A program made the translations under genes and the position numbers. From Octopus bimaculoides (Eukaryota), in assembly GCF_001194135.2 (NCBI RefSeq), contig NC_068997.1, positions 13,660,542 through 13,724,541 of the forward strand: a stretch of 64,000 nucleotides of DNA, given 5' to 3'. Shown here piece by piece: positions 1-13,817 of the stretch; the first letter of the stretch is position 1; the number at the start of each line of letters is the position of its first letter. Below the pieces are notes generated by a model, which was not told where the DNA came from, ran no database searches, and was given only the letters and a program-made list of their open reading frames with translations.

Positions 1-61
<61 letters not shown>

Positions 62-68
62 GAGAGAG
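1..68. repeat. (AG)n microsatellite
   Basis: Direct reading of the sequence. Confidence 0.95.
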
Positions 69-195
69 ATTGAGTTCCATGGATAGATATGTGTGTTACT
101 CAACCAGCAGAAAGCATTGACAATAAACATTTATAGAAATCTTTATGGACATGATGGGTGGCTTGTCACTTCGATATATAATGATACTCGGGTTG

Positions 196-212
196 GCCGT
201 ATATAGATACAT

Positions 213-253
<41 letters not shown>

Positions 254-264
254 GTGTGTGTGGG

Positions 265-301
<37 letters not shown>

Positions 302-501
302 ATATGAATATACATATATATATATACATATTTATGCAAACACATATATACATGTATATACACTCATATATTTGTATATACATACACACACGTATTCATT
401 TATACATAGACATTTATGCATATATACACATATGTATTCGTACATACATACACACCTTCATATATATATATATATATGTATACACACATACACACACACA
501 C

Positions 502-540
<39 letters not shown>

Positions 541-735
541 NNNNNNNNNNNNNNNNNNNNNNNNNNNNNNNNNNNNNNNNNNNNNNNNNNNNNNNNNNNN
601 NNNNNNNNNNNNNNNNNNNNNNNNNNNNNNNNNNNNNNNNNNNNNNNNNNNNNNNNNNNNNNNNNNNNNATATATATATGTATATCAACATATAAATATG
701 TGTGTATGCATATATATATATATATATATGAGATT
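196..735. repeat. Compound (TA)n/(TG)n/(CA)n microsatellite around an assembly gap
   Basis: Direct reading; explains the low-complexity ORFs at 96-757. Confidence 0.9.
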
Positions 736-2641
736 CGCGATATTACTTTGTAGATAGATACATATATTTATAGGTAGATAGAAAGACATATAGATGGAAA
801 GATATCTACGTAGGTAGGTAGATAGATACGTAATGTGATAAAGAAAATGAGTGTGATTTAGTGGGAAGCATTGAAAGAGAATAATATATTCTATGATTGC
901 CTATAAAGCTGATTTTTCGACTATTTTTGAAGTGATAACTGCCGATATATGGTTATTGGTAAAGAAAATAACGTTTTTCTCTCAACTGTAAAAACATTAA
1001 CAAAGTCTTTTTTTCTACTTCATTCATGTACATTCTATATTATATTGCTATATTGTGTTGTAATCTACTTGTTACCCTCTTTTCTTGACCATCTATCTTC
1101 ATTTTTATTATGTTTACTATTTTGAACACTGCTATAGAGATTTATTTAGTTTTTACTGTGAGAAAAAAAAATTATGCATATATATTTAACATTGGAAAAA
1201 AATGTGATGGATTAGCAAAATAGTTGGAATGGTCGGAGTAGAGTTTCATACGGTAGCTACATGTAGCTCTTGATATTTCTAGTTCAAATCCTATTGAGGA
1301 CGAGTTTGGATTTTGTCCATTTGAACCTCAATAAAACAAATGAATTCCAATCAATTTTTACCGAGTGGAGGTTTGTATAATCAACAGTTACTTCCTCTGA
1401 CTTTCTGGGTCTTATTCCCAGGTAGGAAACAAACATTAATGAGGTTTTGGAGGATTCAGTACATCAGTCAGACAAAATACGTGTTTGGCTTTGGATTTCT
1501 ACAAAAGGAATTTGAATAGCTCAGCGATTCTCTTTAATGTTTGCTTTTATTTGGCGCTGCTTTTATTTCTGGGTGCTGCAAAAAACATTTCAGTCGCATA
1601 GTCGCATCTATTTAGTTCACCCTCACTTTTGGAAACACTTGAGTGAATAATAACTTAACATAACGCAACAAAAATTGTTTAATCAACTAAAATTACACTC
1701 GTAATGAATAAAAAATATATATATTTCCATTCATGTTAGCTTTGGTGAAATAAATCAAGGGAGGCAATTCTGAAATTCAATTTAATTTTCAATAATCTCT
1801 AGTTCATCAATATCATTTTTGCCATTGAATTAGTGCAACAAATGACGGTGTATTTCATCATTCCTGTGAGAAGTACTACTATATAATTGAAAATTTAGAA
1901 CCCCGTATGCAAGCAAAGACTTTGATTTTCGGAGGGTTATGTGAACACGTTCAGAACATGAAGTGTTTGTTATGCGACAGCTGTTTCATTTCACTGTTGT
2001 CTCAACAAGCAAAACTATTCTTCGTTTGCTTTCTTTGATTGCCATAGAGCTGAATCGCTTCTCTAAATTTCCAACATTATATAAGAAACAATAGTTTCTT
2101 TTGCTATCATCGTTATTGCTGCTATTGCAGTCGTTGTTGTTGCTGTTGTTGCTGGTGGTGTTGTTTTTGCTGTTGTGGCTGTTGCAGTTGTAGCGGTTAT
2201 TGGCTCCCAGAACAATTATTATTAAACGTACTTAATCTTGAGACCATCCTCCCCTTTTTAAAATATCCAAGATTATATTGCTCAAATAAGCGATCTTTTT
2301 TAAAGACACATCCAATATTTTTAAATGGATGACAAAAGTTCAAAAACAATTAGACGTGTGAGATTAATATAAATAGGGAACCATCTTTTTCGGCAACTAC
2401 TATTTTAAATCCCAGTGTTTTCAGTATCCTTAAATTTCTCTCAATCAAAAATTCCACCTCAGAAGTTTACGTCGGAGAAGGTCACCGAAATTTTAGTAAA
2501 GCTAATGAAATTTTATTAAATTTCATGATACAGAATGTGTTATGGCACACGTTTTTTTTTAATTTAAACTTCTCCCGTAAGATGTTCTTAACTTTTGCAA
2601 AATCCTTTATCATCATCATCATCGTCGTCATCATCATCATT

Positions 2642-3000
2642 ACTGACTTGACTCAGGTTCGGTCTTATTCCTGGTAGAATGTATGTGCATAGCGGGTTAC
2701 TACATGTAACCTTAGGTATCCACTAGCTTTCAATAATCTTTCAAGTACTTAGAACACTTCTTATAATCTTTCTTCTCCCTAAGAGGTAAATTTCCTGTAG
2801 AAGCTCTACAAGACATTCCATCCCAATCTCCTCCAACCATTTGCATATATCTTTGCTTACAGTTCCCAATGCACCAATTATTATAGGCACAAATATTACC
2901 CTTTTCATATTCCAAATTCTTGCAATTTTAAATTTTAAGGGATTGTATTTTTTGTTTCTTTTTCATCCTCTTTCTTTACAATCCTGGAATTAAAGGCTCA
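2642..3000 (-). mobile_element. 5'-truncated R4/Dong-type non-LTR retrotransposon remnant (RLE C-terminus, 3' UTR, (TGA)n tail)
   Basis: Minus frame 2926-2741 reads IARIWNMKRVIFVPIIIGALGTVSKDICKWLEEIGMECLVELLQEIYLLGRRKIIRSVLST*, with the PIIIGALG motif typical of RLE-clade C-termini. This frame is not in the ORF track. The 3' UTR has a small hairpin (GGTTAC-TACAT-GTAACC, 2695-2711). (CAT)n repeats flank both sides. Confidence 0.8.
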
Positions 3001-4810
3001 TATCATCATCATCATCATCATCATGGTCATTCTCATCATCACCATCATCATCACCACCACCATCACCACCGACACCATCATCATCATCATCGCTGGTCCA
3101 ACTACCAAACGTAATTCAATATTTTTATATATGTTTTCGCCTTAACACAACAAAAAGTGTAGGCTTCTTTTCATTTGCTTCAACAGTTAACAACCATAGA
3201 CCAAATGTTCAAATTACAGACTAATTCTTTTACATCAGAAATTTCAAAATAAAGTACGCTTAGAAGTAATAAAAAGTAGATGATCATGGCCGACAACTTT
3301 TGATCATAGGTTTGCTCAAGTACAGCCAGTCTGTGGCTGAATAATCACCTTTGAGTCGTGGGTTCTTCCCTTCTTTTCTCATCATTCTCGTAGGTCCGTA
3401 AATTATCAGAAGTGGGCACTGCATTTCCTCCGAGTAAATTACAACAACAAAAATGTAAATTCTTAACTGTCACAACTTTGCTAGGGGTTTTCTCTCGAAT
3501 TCCAAAACCTAATAATGATGCAGCCAAGATTGAATTGTGATTAAGAATTAGTACTGTAGAGAGAAAAGTACCCTTTATACAGCAAGGTGGAGATTAAGGA
3601 TATCAATTCCCAGTTGAATCCATTTCGCTTTCCATGTGCGGCGTTTCGTTTTCTTTCGATGCAACTGTAAATTTGAACATCATTTCTCTAGACAAAAGGT
3701 TTAAGACACAACACGTACTTCTAATGACGCATTCACCTTGGCTTTCAGATGAGGATGGGGCAAGTTTCTGATGATATCTATGATAAACTCTAATGCTAAG
3801 CATCTAGATATTTCAAGAGTACTCACTGACAAACAACCGTCAAACGCATCTTACACATCAGTGAAAGTAGTTTAAAATAAATAACCATTAAAAATAACAT
3901 GGAGCATTGCCATATATGATGTGAACTAGAAGTTCTCGGTTTAATTTATTTATATAAAAAAACTGTTCTGTAAACGAAAACAACAATATAGATTTATTCC
4001 TTTTGCTTTAGATTCTTCGTTTAGTTCACTTACGGGCGATTCTGTAGTCAAACACGAAGTGTTGACTACAGGTAACTTTGATATTCGATATCGTTTGTAA
4101 ATTCTGTTTTCTTTTTACTTTCTTAAAAGACGTTGCTATTTAATCATTTCACTAATTTAACCGCAACATTCAATATATTTCTGTTTTTCTTATTCTTTTC
4201 CCATGTACACACTTTTTTCTAGTTTAAACATTCCGCTATTCGTTGATTCGTTTTTTTAGATTTTTTAAAAAAGTTTTTTGTTTTTATTCGGCATGTATAA
4301 ATTTAGAATTTAAACTAAAAACCTTTCACTATTTTCTTTTAATTTACTTTCAACAATGAATTTTTTTTTTCAGACATATCTCATTTTTAAGTTAAACCTC
4401 TCACTAATTTTGCAGATTACTTTCAATTATAAAAAAAAAAAATTGAAAATATAATCTTTTAAATTTACATTCAATTTTTAAAATTTTTTTAGTTGGTATT
4501 TTGATTACTTGCTTTAGAATATTTCAAAATTATTATTTATTTTGTTTTTTTTTGTTGTTTCAAATATGAGCAAATTTTCGAGTCAAACCCTCTCTTACAC
4601 TAATTTTTACGTGATTCATTATAGAAGTATTTTGTTGGCTGTTAATGCTTATTCTCTGTCTCTCTAATTTTTAGTTTATTGCTGTTTCGTATGAATATTG
4701 ATTGGAAAGTTACTTTAATAATAGTTATAGGACGAAAACTAACTCAATTAATTTTCTACCATTAGTTATGGTGCTAGAAAAGGAAAACGAAAAAGAGAAA
4801 AATATAGAGA

Positions 4811-4873
<63 letters not shown>

Positions 4874-5959
4874 NNNNNNNNNNNNNNNNNNNNNNNNNNN
4901 NNNNNNNNNNNNNNNNNNNNNNNNNNNNNNNNNNNNNNNNNNNNNNNNNNNNNNNNNNNNNNNNNNNNNNNNNNNNNNNNNNNNNNNNNNNNNNNNNNNN
5001 NNNNNNNNNNNNNNNNNNNNNNNNNNNNNNNNNNNNNNNNNNNNNNNNNNNNNNNNNNNNNNNNNNNNNNNNNNNNNNNNNNNNNNNNNNNNNNNNNNNN
5101 NNNNNNNNNNNNNNNNNNNNNNNNNNNNNNNNNNNNNNNNNNNNNNNNNNNNNNNNNNNNNNNNNNNNNNNNNNNNNNNNNNNNNNNNNNNNNNNNNNNN
5201 NNNNNNNNNNNNNNNNNNNNNNNNNNNNNNNNNGCTAAAGAAATGGTCTTTAGCCTACTCCCATGATTAATGGGTGTATTAAAACTTTCGTCAAGTGCCT
5301 GTGTCTTGTTTTGTATTGTTTTTGTGTTTTGTTTCATTAATTTTTAGTTAAGGGTGTGGAAGGACCAGCGTAATGCGCAATCTGATACTGCTAGTGGTGG
5401 TGGTGGTGGTGGTGGTATTGGTGGTGGCGGCGGTGTTAATGGTAATGGTAATGGTAATGATGGAGATACGAATAGAGTTACGTGTAGACGAGAAGGGTGG
5501 AGCATTAGGATAGGGTCAGGGGTGACGAATCAACAGCTTCATTTTAATAATATTGTTGATGTTGTGAATGTTGTTATTGTTGTTGTTGTTGTTGTCGCTG
5601 CATTTCTTCTTCTTCTTCTTCTTTTCCTCCTCCTTCGTTATAAAGTTATCAGTTTTAAAGACATTCAATGAAAATAGTTGCGTTAGATCCCTTTAACATC
5701 GTAATGGTTAATTAAAGTTCAGTTTCACAAAAAGACTAAAAGAAAAATGCTAAAAATTCTTTAAAAAAATATACTAAATAGTGAAAAAAAAAATGTTACT
5801 GTTGTTTGAATCTTCATGAGTGTATTTTATGCAATTCTTTTTTTCTAATTTGTTTTACTTTTTATTCCCAAAATTATTTCGTTCCTTTGTTGCTAAATGA
5901 TTTCTCGTTTTCGAAATCAACAAATCCAACAACAACAACAATAGCAACAATAACAATCA

Positions 5960-6140
5960 TAATGCGGGACCTTCTATGTAGTAGTCTGATATGGCTAAAA
6001 ATAGCAGCCAAATCTCTCTGAAATCACACAAGACCATCTTAAATAAAGGACGCATGGAATAATGTGGTTACTAGATACACTTTCCTTCAAACAAGACGTG
6101 ATGGCCTCGGCTGGAACATCTTTAACCATTGGTGTCCTCG
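5960..6140 (-). repeat. Dispersed repeat family D (unclassified), copy 1
   Basis: Reverse complement aligns by eye with 40790-40985; related pieces at about 3280-3345 and 43145-43345. Confidence 0.45.
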
Positions 6141-6214
6141 AGTGAGGTTAGCCTGCGTCTCAGGTACAGCAACAACAGCAACACTAAAAGCTGTAGCAGC
6201 AACAGTAGTAGCCA

Positions 6215-6410
6215 TCTTCTTTTCTACTCTAGACACAAAGTTCGAAATTTTAGGGGAGGGGCCCAGTCAATTAGATCGACCCCAGTATGTAACTGGTACT
6301 TAATTTATCGACCCCGAAAGGATGAAAGGCAAAGTCGACCCCGGTGGAATTTGAACGCAGAACGTAAAGACAGACGAAATATTGCTAAGTATTTCACCCG
6401 GCGTGCTAAA
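6215..6410 (-). mobile_element. SINE family A (tail type A2), head truncated
   Basis: Shared core GTCGACTTTGCCTTTCATCCTTTCGGGGTCGATAAAT and B-box-like GTTCAAATTC on the minus strand; CCCCTCCCCTAAAATTTC tail. Confidence 0.85.
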
Positions 6411-6412
6411 AT

Positions 6413-6558
6413 TTCTTATTTCTTTACTGCCTACGGGGGCTAAACATAGAGGGGACAAACAAGGACAGACAAAGAGATTAAGTCGATTACATCGACCCCA
6501 GTGCGTAACTGGTACTTATTTATTCGACCCCGAAAGGATGAAAGGCAAAGTCGACCTA
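6413..6558 (-). mobile_element. SINE family A (tail type A1), 3' part
   Basis: Tail TTTGTCCCCTCTATGTTTAGCCCC...AAAGAAATAAG (minus) plus core; interrupted at GTCGACCT by the (ATT)n run next to the RLE element. Confidence 0.85.
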
Positions 6559-6591
<33 letters not shown>

Positions 6592-6592
<1 letters not shown>

Positions 6593-7058
6593 GGTTTCTT
6601 TTCATTATAACTTTATTTCAAATGGCTTAATACCGGGCATCTTCCGGAGGCCAAGAGTAGCAAGGACACTTTTTATTTTGCTATGCATGCTAAGATTACC
6701 ACCACATTTATTCCATTTTAGATGGAGAGTGCTTTCCGTGGTATATGGGGTGTACCCATCAAGGTTATCTTGTGTAGTTCATGGAGATTGAAGATACCAA
6801 TGAGTTGCTTCATATACTTCTCAGCTTCCTGATTGATATACTTCAATTACTACTGGTATTATCGTAGTACCAAGCTTCCACATTCTTGTGATTTCAATTT
6901 GCAGATCTTTATAGTGAGAAAGCTTTTCGTATTCCTTTCTTGAGACATTTTGATCTTGTGGGACAGACAAGTTCTTCTGTTGTTGTAGTCTTTGAACACA
7001 ATGTCTGGTCGATTGGAGTCGATTTTTCTGTCTGCTTGTATTGGGAAGTTCCAAAGGA
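6592..7058 (-). mobile_element. 5'-truncated R4/Dong-type non-LTR retrotransposon remnant in (TAA)n
   Basis: Frameshifted translation ILWNFPIQADRKIDSNRPDIVFKDYNNRRTCL / VPQDQNVSRKEYEKLSHYKDLQIEITRMWKLGTTIIPVVI / ...ELHKITLMGTPHIPRKALSI* (stop 6718-6720). RPD and K..Y RLE motifs are present; a deletion removes the catalytic LID segment. (ATT)n at 6561-6591 and 7059-7143. Confidence 0.88.
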
Positions 7059-7098
7059 TTATTATTATTATTATTATTGCTATTATTATTATTATTAA

Positions 7099-7144
<46 letters not shown>

Positions 7145-7189
7145 GTTGTTGTTGTTGTTGTTGTTATTAACAACAACAACAACAATAAT

Positions 7190-7790
7190 ATAGCCGTCGC
7201 ACTGTATACAATATCGTGATGTTGTTGATTGAAGATATTGTATCTACCGGGCGTTTGTACTGTTTTTCAAGTCACAACTAAGACATCAGACTACTTTACG
7301 CAATATGCGTGCAGTTTCAAGTAATGCCGACTTTGGCCATACACCTACACTGTAAGGTATTTCTAAAGTTTTCAGATGTTTTTTTTCAGATTGGGTGGTA
7401 TTGAACCCAATGCTCTGATGACAATAGGGATAACCTTTATGCTTTACTCTCGTAGCTGCCACATCTTAGCGATCTCAATTCTCAGGACTCCATATTTATC
7501 AACCTTTTCCCTTTCTTTCATGATGACATCTTGATCTCCTGGCACTGCCGCGTCGATTACTAGGAACTCTTGTTTGTCCCCACTAAAGGTTACTATATCC
7601 GGCCTTCTGTGCTCTAATACCTTGTATGTCTGGAATTCAAAGTCCCAGAGCATTTTTGCCTTCTCCTTCTCGTCCTTTACTTTTGCCGCTATATGTTGGT
7701 ACCAAGTACCCGCAAACTCATATCCATACTTACAGCATAGTGCAAGACTATCACAAGCACTAATAGTGAAAGATGAAGCATGGCAGAACA
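7190..7790 (-). mobile_element. 5'-truncated R4/Dong-type non-LTR retrotransposon remnant, second family
   Basis: ORF 7444-7809 contains LCCKYGYEFAGTWYQH...KMLWDFEFQTYKVLEHRRPDIVTFSGDKQEFLVIDAAVPGDQDVIMKEREKVDKY (RPD-D-K RLE motifs). After frameshifts it continues IKVIPIVIRALGSIPP...LETARILRKVV* (stop 7286-7288). Tail is (AAC)n/(AAT)n. Confidence 0.9.
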
Positions 7791-7945
7791 TTTGGTAAAC
7801 AGCAAACAAGACCTGCTACAGTATGCTGCTAATGCAGCAGGATTTAACAAAAATGGACTTGAGAGTTCTCATGAATTCCGATCAAGAACAGCTAACGAGT
7901 GGGAAGAAATCCTTCTCCGCATGGAATTGTTTTAATTATCATCAG

Positions 7946-8001
<56 letters not shown>

Positions 8002-8419
8002 TCAATATAAATAGTCACACCTTCCTGCTTTATTCCACACATTAAGTGATGCAACTCAAATGAAAAAGAAGAGAAATCCAGAGAAGAGAGAAGGAAAATA
8101 CAGCAGACGATTATAATAAATGGCGGCAGCAGCGGCGGCGGTGATGTTTATTTGCTGTTTCTGGTGGCTATTTGTTTCTTCGCTGCTAGAAGTCATTGGA
8201 GTTTTGGAGGCGACGACGACGATAATTACCTGCACTAAAGCGCATGCGCTAATCCATAAGAATTTTTTTTTAAATTTCGTTAAAATATGTAAAAGAGAAT
8301 AGAATAAAGTATAAAATGTTGGCCGCCAGCACCCTACTACTTATAAAAACCCACCACTGCCTCCTTCATTTACTGGGACTCTAAAAATATGACCACCATA
8401 ACAAGTTATTACACTTCTC

Positions 8420-9270
<851 letters not shown>

Positions 9271-9271
9271 G

Positions 9272-9490
9272 TAAGGCAGTGAGCTCACGGAATCGTTAGA
9301 ATGCCGGGCAAAATGCTTGGCGGCATTTCTTCTGTCTTTACTTTCTGGGTTCAAATGCTGCCGGGGTCGACTTTGCCTTTCATCCTTTTGGGGTCAATAA
9401 ACTAAGTACCGGTTACGCACAGGGGTAGATGCACTCGACTGGTCCCCTTCCCCCAAAATTGTCAGGCCTTTTTTTTATAGTAGAAAGGAT
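9272..9490 (+). mobile_element. SINE family A (A2), near full length
   Basis: Head AAGGCAGTGAGCTCACGGAATCGTTAG, GGGTTCAAATG B-box, core, and tail ending TAGTAGAAAGG. Confidence 0.85.
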
Positions 9491-9829
9491 GTATGTATGT
9501 ATGCATGTATGTATGTATGTATGTATGTATGTATTTCCACATGTTTCGCTTGCTCTTGCCCTTCGAACATTGGTGACCTTGAGCCAAAATTAGAAAGAAT
9601 ATTACGACTATTAAGGCGTATCCGAGCTGGATCTTCGAAGGCTGGAAGAATGCTTTCTGGTACTTTTTCTCGTTGTTTACGTTTTGAATTCACATTCCAC
9701 TGAAGTCAACTTTGCTTTCATCCTTCAAAGGTTCGATAAAATAAAGTACTCTTTATGTTCCACGTGTACGTGTATGTGTGGGAGGGGGATGATATCGATT
9801 AACTTCCGCCCCTCATCGATAGCAATTAT

Positions 9830-10020
9830 TAAAGGGCTGAGCTGGCAGATCCGTTTGAGTGTCGGGCAAAATGCGTTGCACTGTTTATTTCAGATCTCTA
9901 CGTTCTGAGTTCAAAAACCGCGGGGATGAATTTTGCCTTTCATCCCTCTTTGGTCGATAAAGTACGATACTTGTCAAATAACGGGGCTAATTGGTCCCTT
10001 CAAAATTGTTTACCTTGTTC
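9830..10020 (+). mobile_element. SINE family A, diverged copy
   Basis: GAGCTGGCAGA head, GAGTTCAAAA, TTTGCCTTTCATCCCTCTTTGGTCGATAAAG core. Confidence 0.7.
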
Positions 10021-12444
10021 TCAGCTTGTACGTAATTATTATTTTATTTATTTGAATAGGTACATTGGTATTTTAATTTTAAGCAGAACATTTTTTTACG
10101 GGATTGGTTTTTGCCTTTCAGCCATCTTACGGACGATAAAGTAGCTGTTAGTCAAAACAGGGATTAATTTTACCTTACTATGCTCGATTTGTGCCTATGC
10201 TAAAAAGAATGCGGGACAAATGTAGGTACTGGAAAGAGTGACATTCATGCATTTCCTAAAGCTATTTTTCAGCGTATGCAAAACGAAATGATTTGAAACC
10301 GGGTCAAGAAGTCGACTTACCAGACTCGTACCTCTTTCTTTTTTGTTATTAATTAATTTGTTATTTTTCATTCATTATTTATTTTTTTATTCTTTCTGCG
10401 ACGTTTGTCACAATTTAGAGAAAATATTGATCAACGTGTGCACACCTTTAAGCTATCTTCCCTTCGTTTTCGTAATGTGCTTCCTGCAAATCAAACCAGA
10501 ATAATCTCACCACAAGGAAATAAAACTAAATGAATCAAGATATTTAATTTAGCAACAAACAAATAAATAAATGAATAAATCAAAATAATTTCAATCTCAG
10601 CCGCTCACACATACACACAGTCATTCAATCAGTCATTCACGTACTCACTCATTCAGTCATTCACTCACACTGTTCTTTTCAAGAAGACCTAAACGGAGTG
10701 GTGATGGCATGGTGTATGGAATAAAAATTCGTCGCTTAAGGCGCTTCTATGTTTTCTTTGGCGGACACATCACACATGTGGAAACCGAGTAAAAATTAAG
10801 AAGACTTTCAAGTTGAAGATATGAAATCGCTAATAGAAAATACCATAATTTAATCATTCGAGTTAAATCTTAATCACCATCGAGGTTGTCACGCTGGTGT
10901 TGCGTTCGTTTGCATTCTCCAACTGTTTCGAATAGGAGGAAGAAATCAAGACTTTGATTATCAATTCACTGAACCGCTTCAAACGGTTTTAAATGTGATG
11001 TTAAAGCTGTTGTAGTATGTGTTGTTGCTGAATACTTTTTGCTTTTGTATTTCATTCATTTATTTAAATTTTTTTTTTCCGTAATGAATATTCACATTGC
11101 AAGGAAGAGGGGGGTATATAAAGAAGAAAATAAAGAAAAGAAAGTGAGAGAGAAAGAGGGAGAAAATGAGAGAGAAAGAAATAAATGAGATTAGATGTCG
11201 TTGACTTTATTGTGGACATCATAACAGATGGAAAAATTATGTTCGCGTCAACCAAATTAAAGATGTGTTTTGTAACGATCATACTTCTATTTAAGAAACC
11301 AATTTTGTATGACGAGCTTTTGCCTTTGAACATGGTTTTTAATGCTACCCATGCTCTCAAAATATAGAGTATGCGAACTCGAGATTTACTAACTTTACAT
11401 TCAGTCTTTATACCAGTCAGTTGACACTTGCATATCCAGGTATGTTATTGTATCTTAAATTTTACTTTAGAAAAGAAAAAAAAAAACGGTGGCCTATTTT
11501 TCTGAGCAAATCTCCATTTTTATGTTATTTTCACGTGACTGTCGAGACACACTGTAGACCAGGGTGTCACTGAGTAGATCTTCTGCTGAAAAAAATTCAT
11601 AGTGGTTCAGACCTGCGTAGTATGCGAATTTTTCATATATTTTCTTATAGAATTTCCATTTCGTTTGCTTGTAGAGTAAATCTATCACATCTTAACAATT
11701 ATGCTAAGAGTATAAAATGATAGGTAAACTAGCAAAGTTCGGAAAGCCAAAACTTGTACTTCTACATATGTTATTAACAACCATTATAACTTTAGTAAAA
11801 GCCTTATTATATAGGCAATTAAGCAACACCTCTCTGCTAGCGAAATCACCTGATTGTTAGATTCTCCAATAAAAACGAAAATGTAATCTATGAAAGACAT
11901 AACTCTTATACAACTGATACACTTAATATATGAAGCATACAAGATCTGTCTAGGACATCTACTAAGTGAAAGCTTTTGTCTTGGAAATTCAAACGTTGTA
12001 TAAATTGCTCTCATGAACTTGCAAATCTACTGGGAGACGAGAATATATTTTTATTGTTATTATAACACACTCTCCAACACTTCAATATTGTAGATATTTA
12101 TAGTGTTAACAAATACTAAGAAGTCGAATTTATTTGCAATTAAGCCATTTTCCTCTTACATGTTGCTGGTTATAGTGTCTTAAAATAGTGCTAGGATTAC
12201 CAATAGATGAGAAGACGCGCAGTCCAATTAATAGGCAGCTTGGTTTTCGCATATAAGGCCATGAATTCGATTCTCGGCCCGAGAAAAGCATTGCACCCTT
12301 GGGAAAGGTATTTTACTTCACATTGCAGCTGTCCACTTAATTAATCAAAAGATGAATATTTAGATTGACAGGGTGAGTGGCCAGGGTCGGGTTTGAGCGA
12401 CAGCTTTAACTAGTAAGTGCAATGACCAAAAATTATTTTATTGT

Positions 12445-12621
12445 TTTCATTGTTTCAGTCATTTGACCGCTTAGTAGTTATTCGATCGGTCACTTTTTCC
12501 GAAGCGCTAAGTTACGGGGGACGTAAACATACCAGCATCGGTTGTCAAGCGATGGTAAGGGAGGTTCAAGACAAACACATAAATACACACACACAAACAC
12601 ACACACACACACACACACACA
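12445..12621 (-). mobile_element. SINE family B, 3' part running into a gap
   Basis: TTTCAGTCATTTGAC...GTAAACATACCAGCATCGGTTGTCAAGCGATGG, shared with other B copies. Confidence 0.8.
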
Positions 12622-13267
12622 NNNNNNNNNNNNNNNNNNNNNNNNNNNNNNNNNNNNNNNNNNNNNNNNNNNNNNNNNNNNNNNNNNNNNNNNNNNNNNN
12701 NNNNNNNNNNNNNNNNNNNNNNNNNNNNNNNNNNNNNNNNNNNNNNNNNNNNNNNNNNNNNNNNNNNNNNNNNNNNNNNNNNNNNNNNNNNNNNNNNNNN
12801 NNNNNNNNNNNNNNNNNNNNNNNNNNNNNNNNNNNNNNNNNNNNNNNNNNNNNNNNNNNNNNNNNNNNNNNNNNNNNNNNNNNNNNNNNNNNNNNNNNNN
12901 NNNNNNNNNNNNNNNNNNNNNNNNNNNNNNNNNNNNNNNNNNNNNNNNNNNNNNNNNNNNNNNNNNNNNNNNNNNNNNNNNNNNNNNNNNNNNNNNNNNN
13001 NNNNNNNNNNNNNNNNNNNNNNNNNNNNNNNNNNNNNNNNNNNNNNNNNNNNNNNNNNNNNNNNNNNNNNNNNNNNNNNNNNNNNNNNNNNNNNNNNNNN
13101 NNNNNNNNNNNNNNNNNNNNNNNNNNNNNNNNNNNNNNNNNNNNNNNNNNNNNNNNNNNNNNNNNNNNNNNNNNNNNNNNNNNNNNNNNNNNNNNNNNNN
13201 NNNNNNNNNNNNNNNNNNNNNNNNNNNNNNNNNNNNNNNNNNNNNNNNNNNNNNNNNNNNNNNNNNA

Positions 13268-13602
13268 GATCGCAACTGGTATTTAATTTATTTATCCCGA
13301 AAGGATGAAAAGCAAATTCGACCTCGGCGGAATTTGAACTCAGAACGTAAAGACAGACGAAATGCCTATTTCGTTATTGCCCACAAGGGGCTAAACATAG
13401 AGGGAACAAACAAGAACAGACGAACGGATTAAGTCGATTACATCGACCCCAGTGCGTAACTGGTACTTAATTTATCGACCCCGAAAGGATGAAAGGCAAA
13501 GTCGACCTCGGCGGAATTTGAACTCAGAACGTAAAGACAGACGAAATACCGTTAAGAATTTCGCCCGGCGTGCTAACGTTTCTGCATAGCTCGCCGCCTT
13601 AT
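13268..13602 (-). mobile_element. Full SINE A (A1 tail) joined to a second, partial SINE A
   Basis: Complete copy at about 13370-13602 (head GGCGGCGAGCT on minus); second core at 13268-13368. Confidence 0.88.
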
Positions 13603-13817
13603 TAGCCTGAAAAATTTACTATTCGTACATTGTATGCACGGTCCTTCTTCTTTTTCAGAACAATTATTTCTTTCTTTCATTAGTTTTATTCAGTCATTTA
13701 TTCCTCGGAATACTTAATGATTTCTAACATAGGCACAGGCGAGAATTTCGGATTAAATCGACCCCATGACTTGCCTGATACTTCACTGTATAAGTAGGTA
13801 AGGAATGAGGAAAGAGA

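Noticed and set aside
2730-2915. ORF MEYEKGNICAY... as a small protein
   Set aside because: It is the wrong frame of the RLE retrotransposon remnant.
3345-3803. Two adjacent minus-strand ORFs and a plus-strand acceptor near 3391
   Set aside because: No recognisable family, inconsistent splice signals, and stops in all plausible joins.
11494-12014. Minus-strand ORFs of 64 and 76 aa in unique DNA
   Set aside because: No recognisable motif or convincing splice pair; the lengths are within chance expectation.
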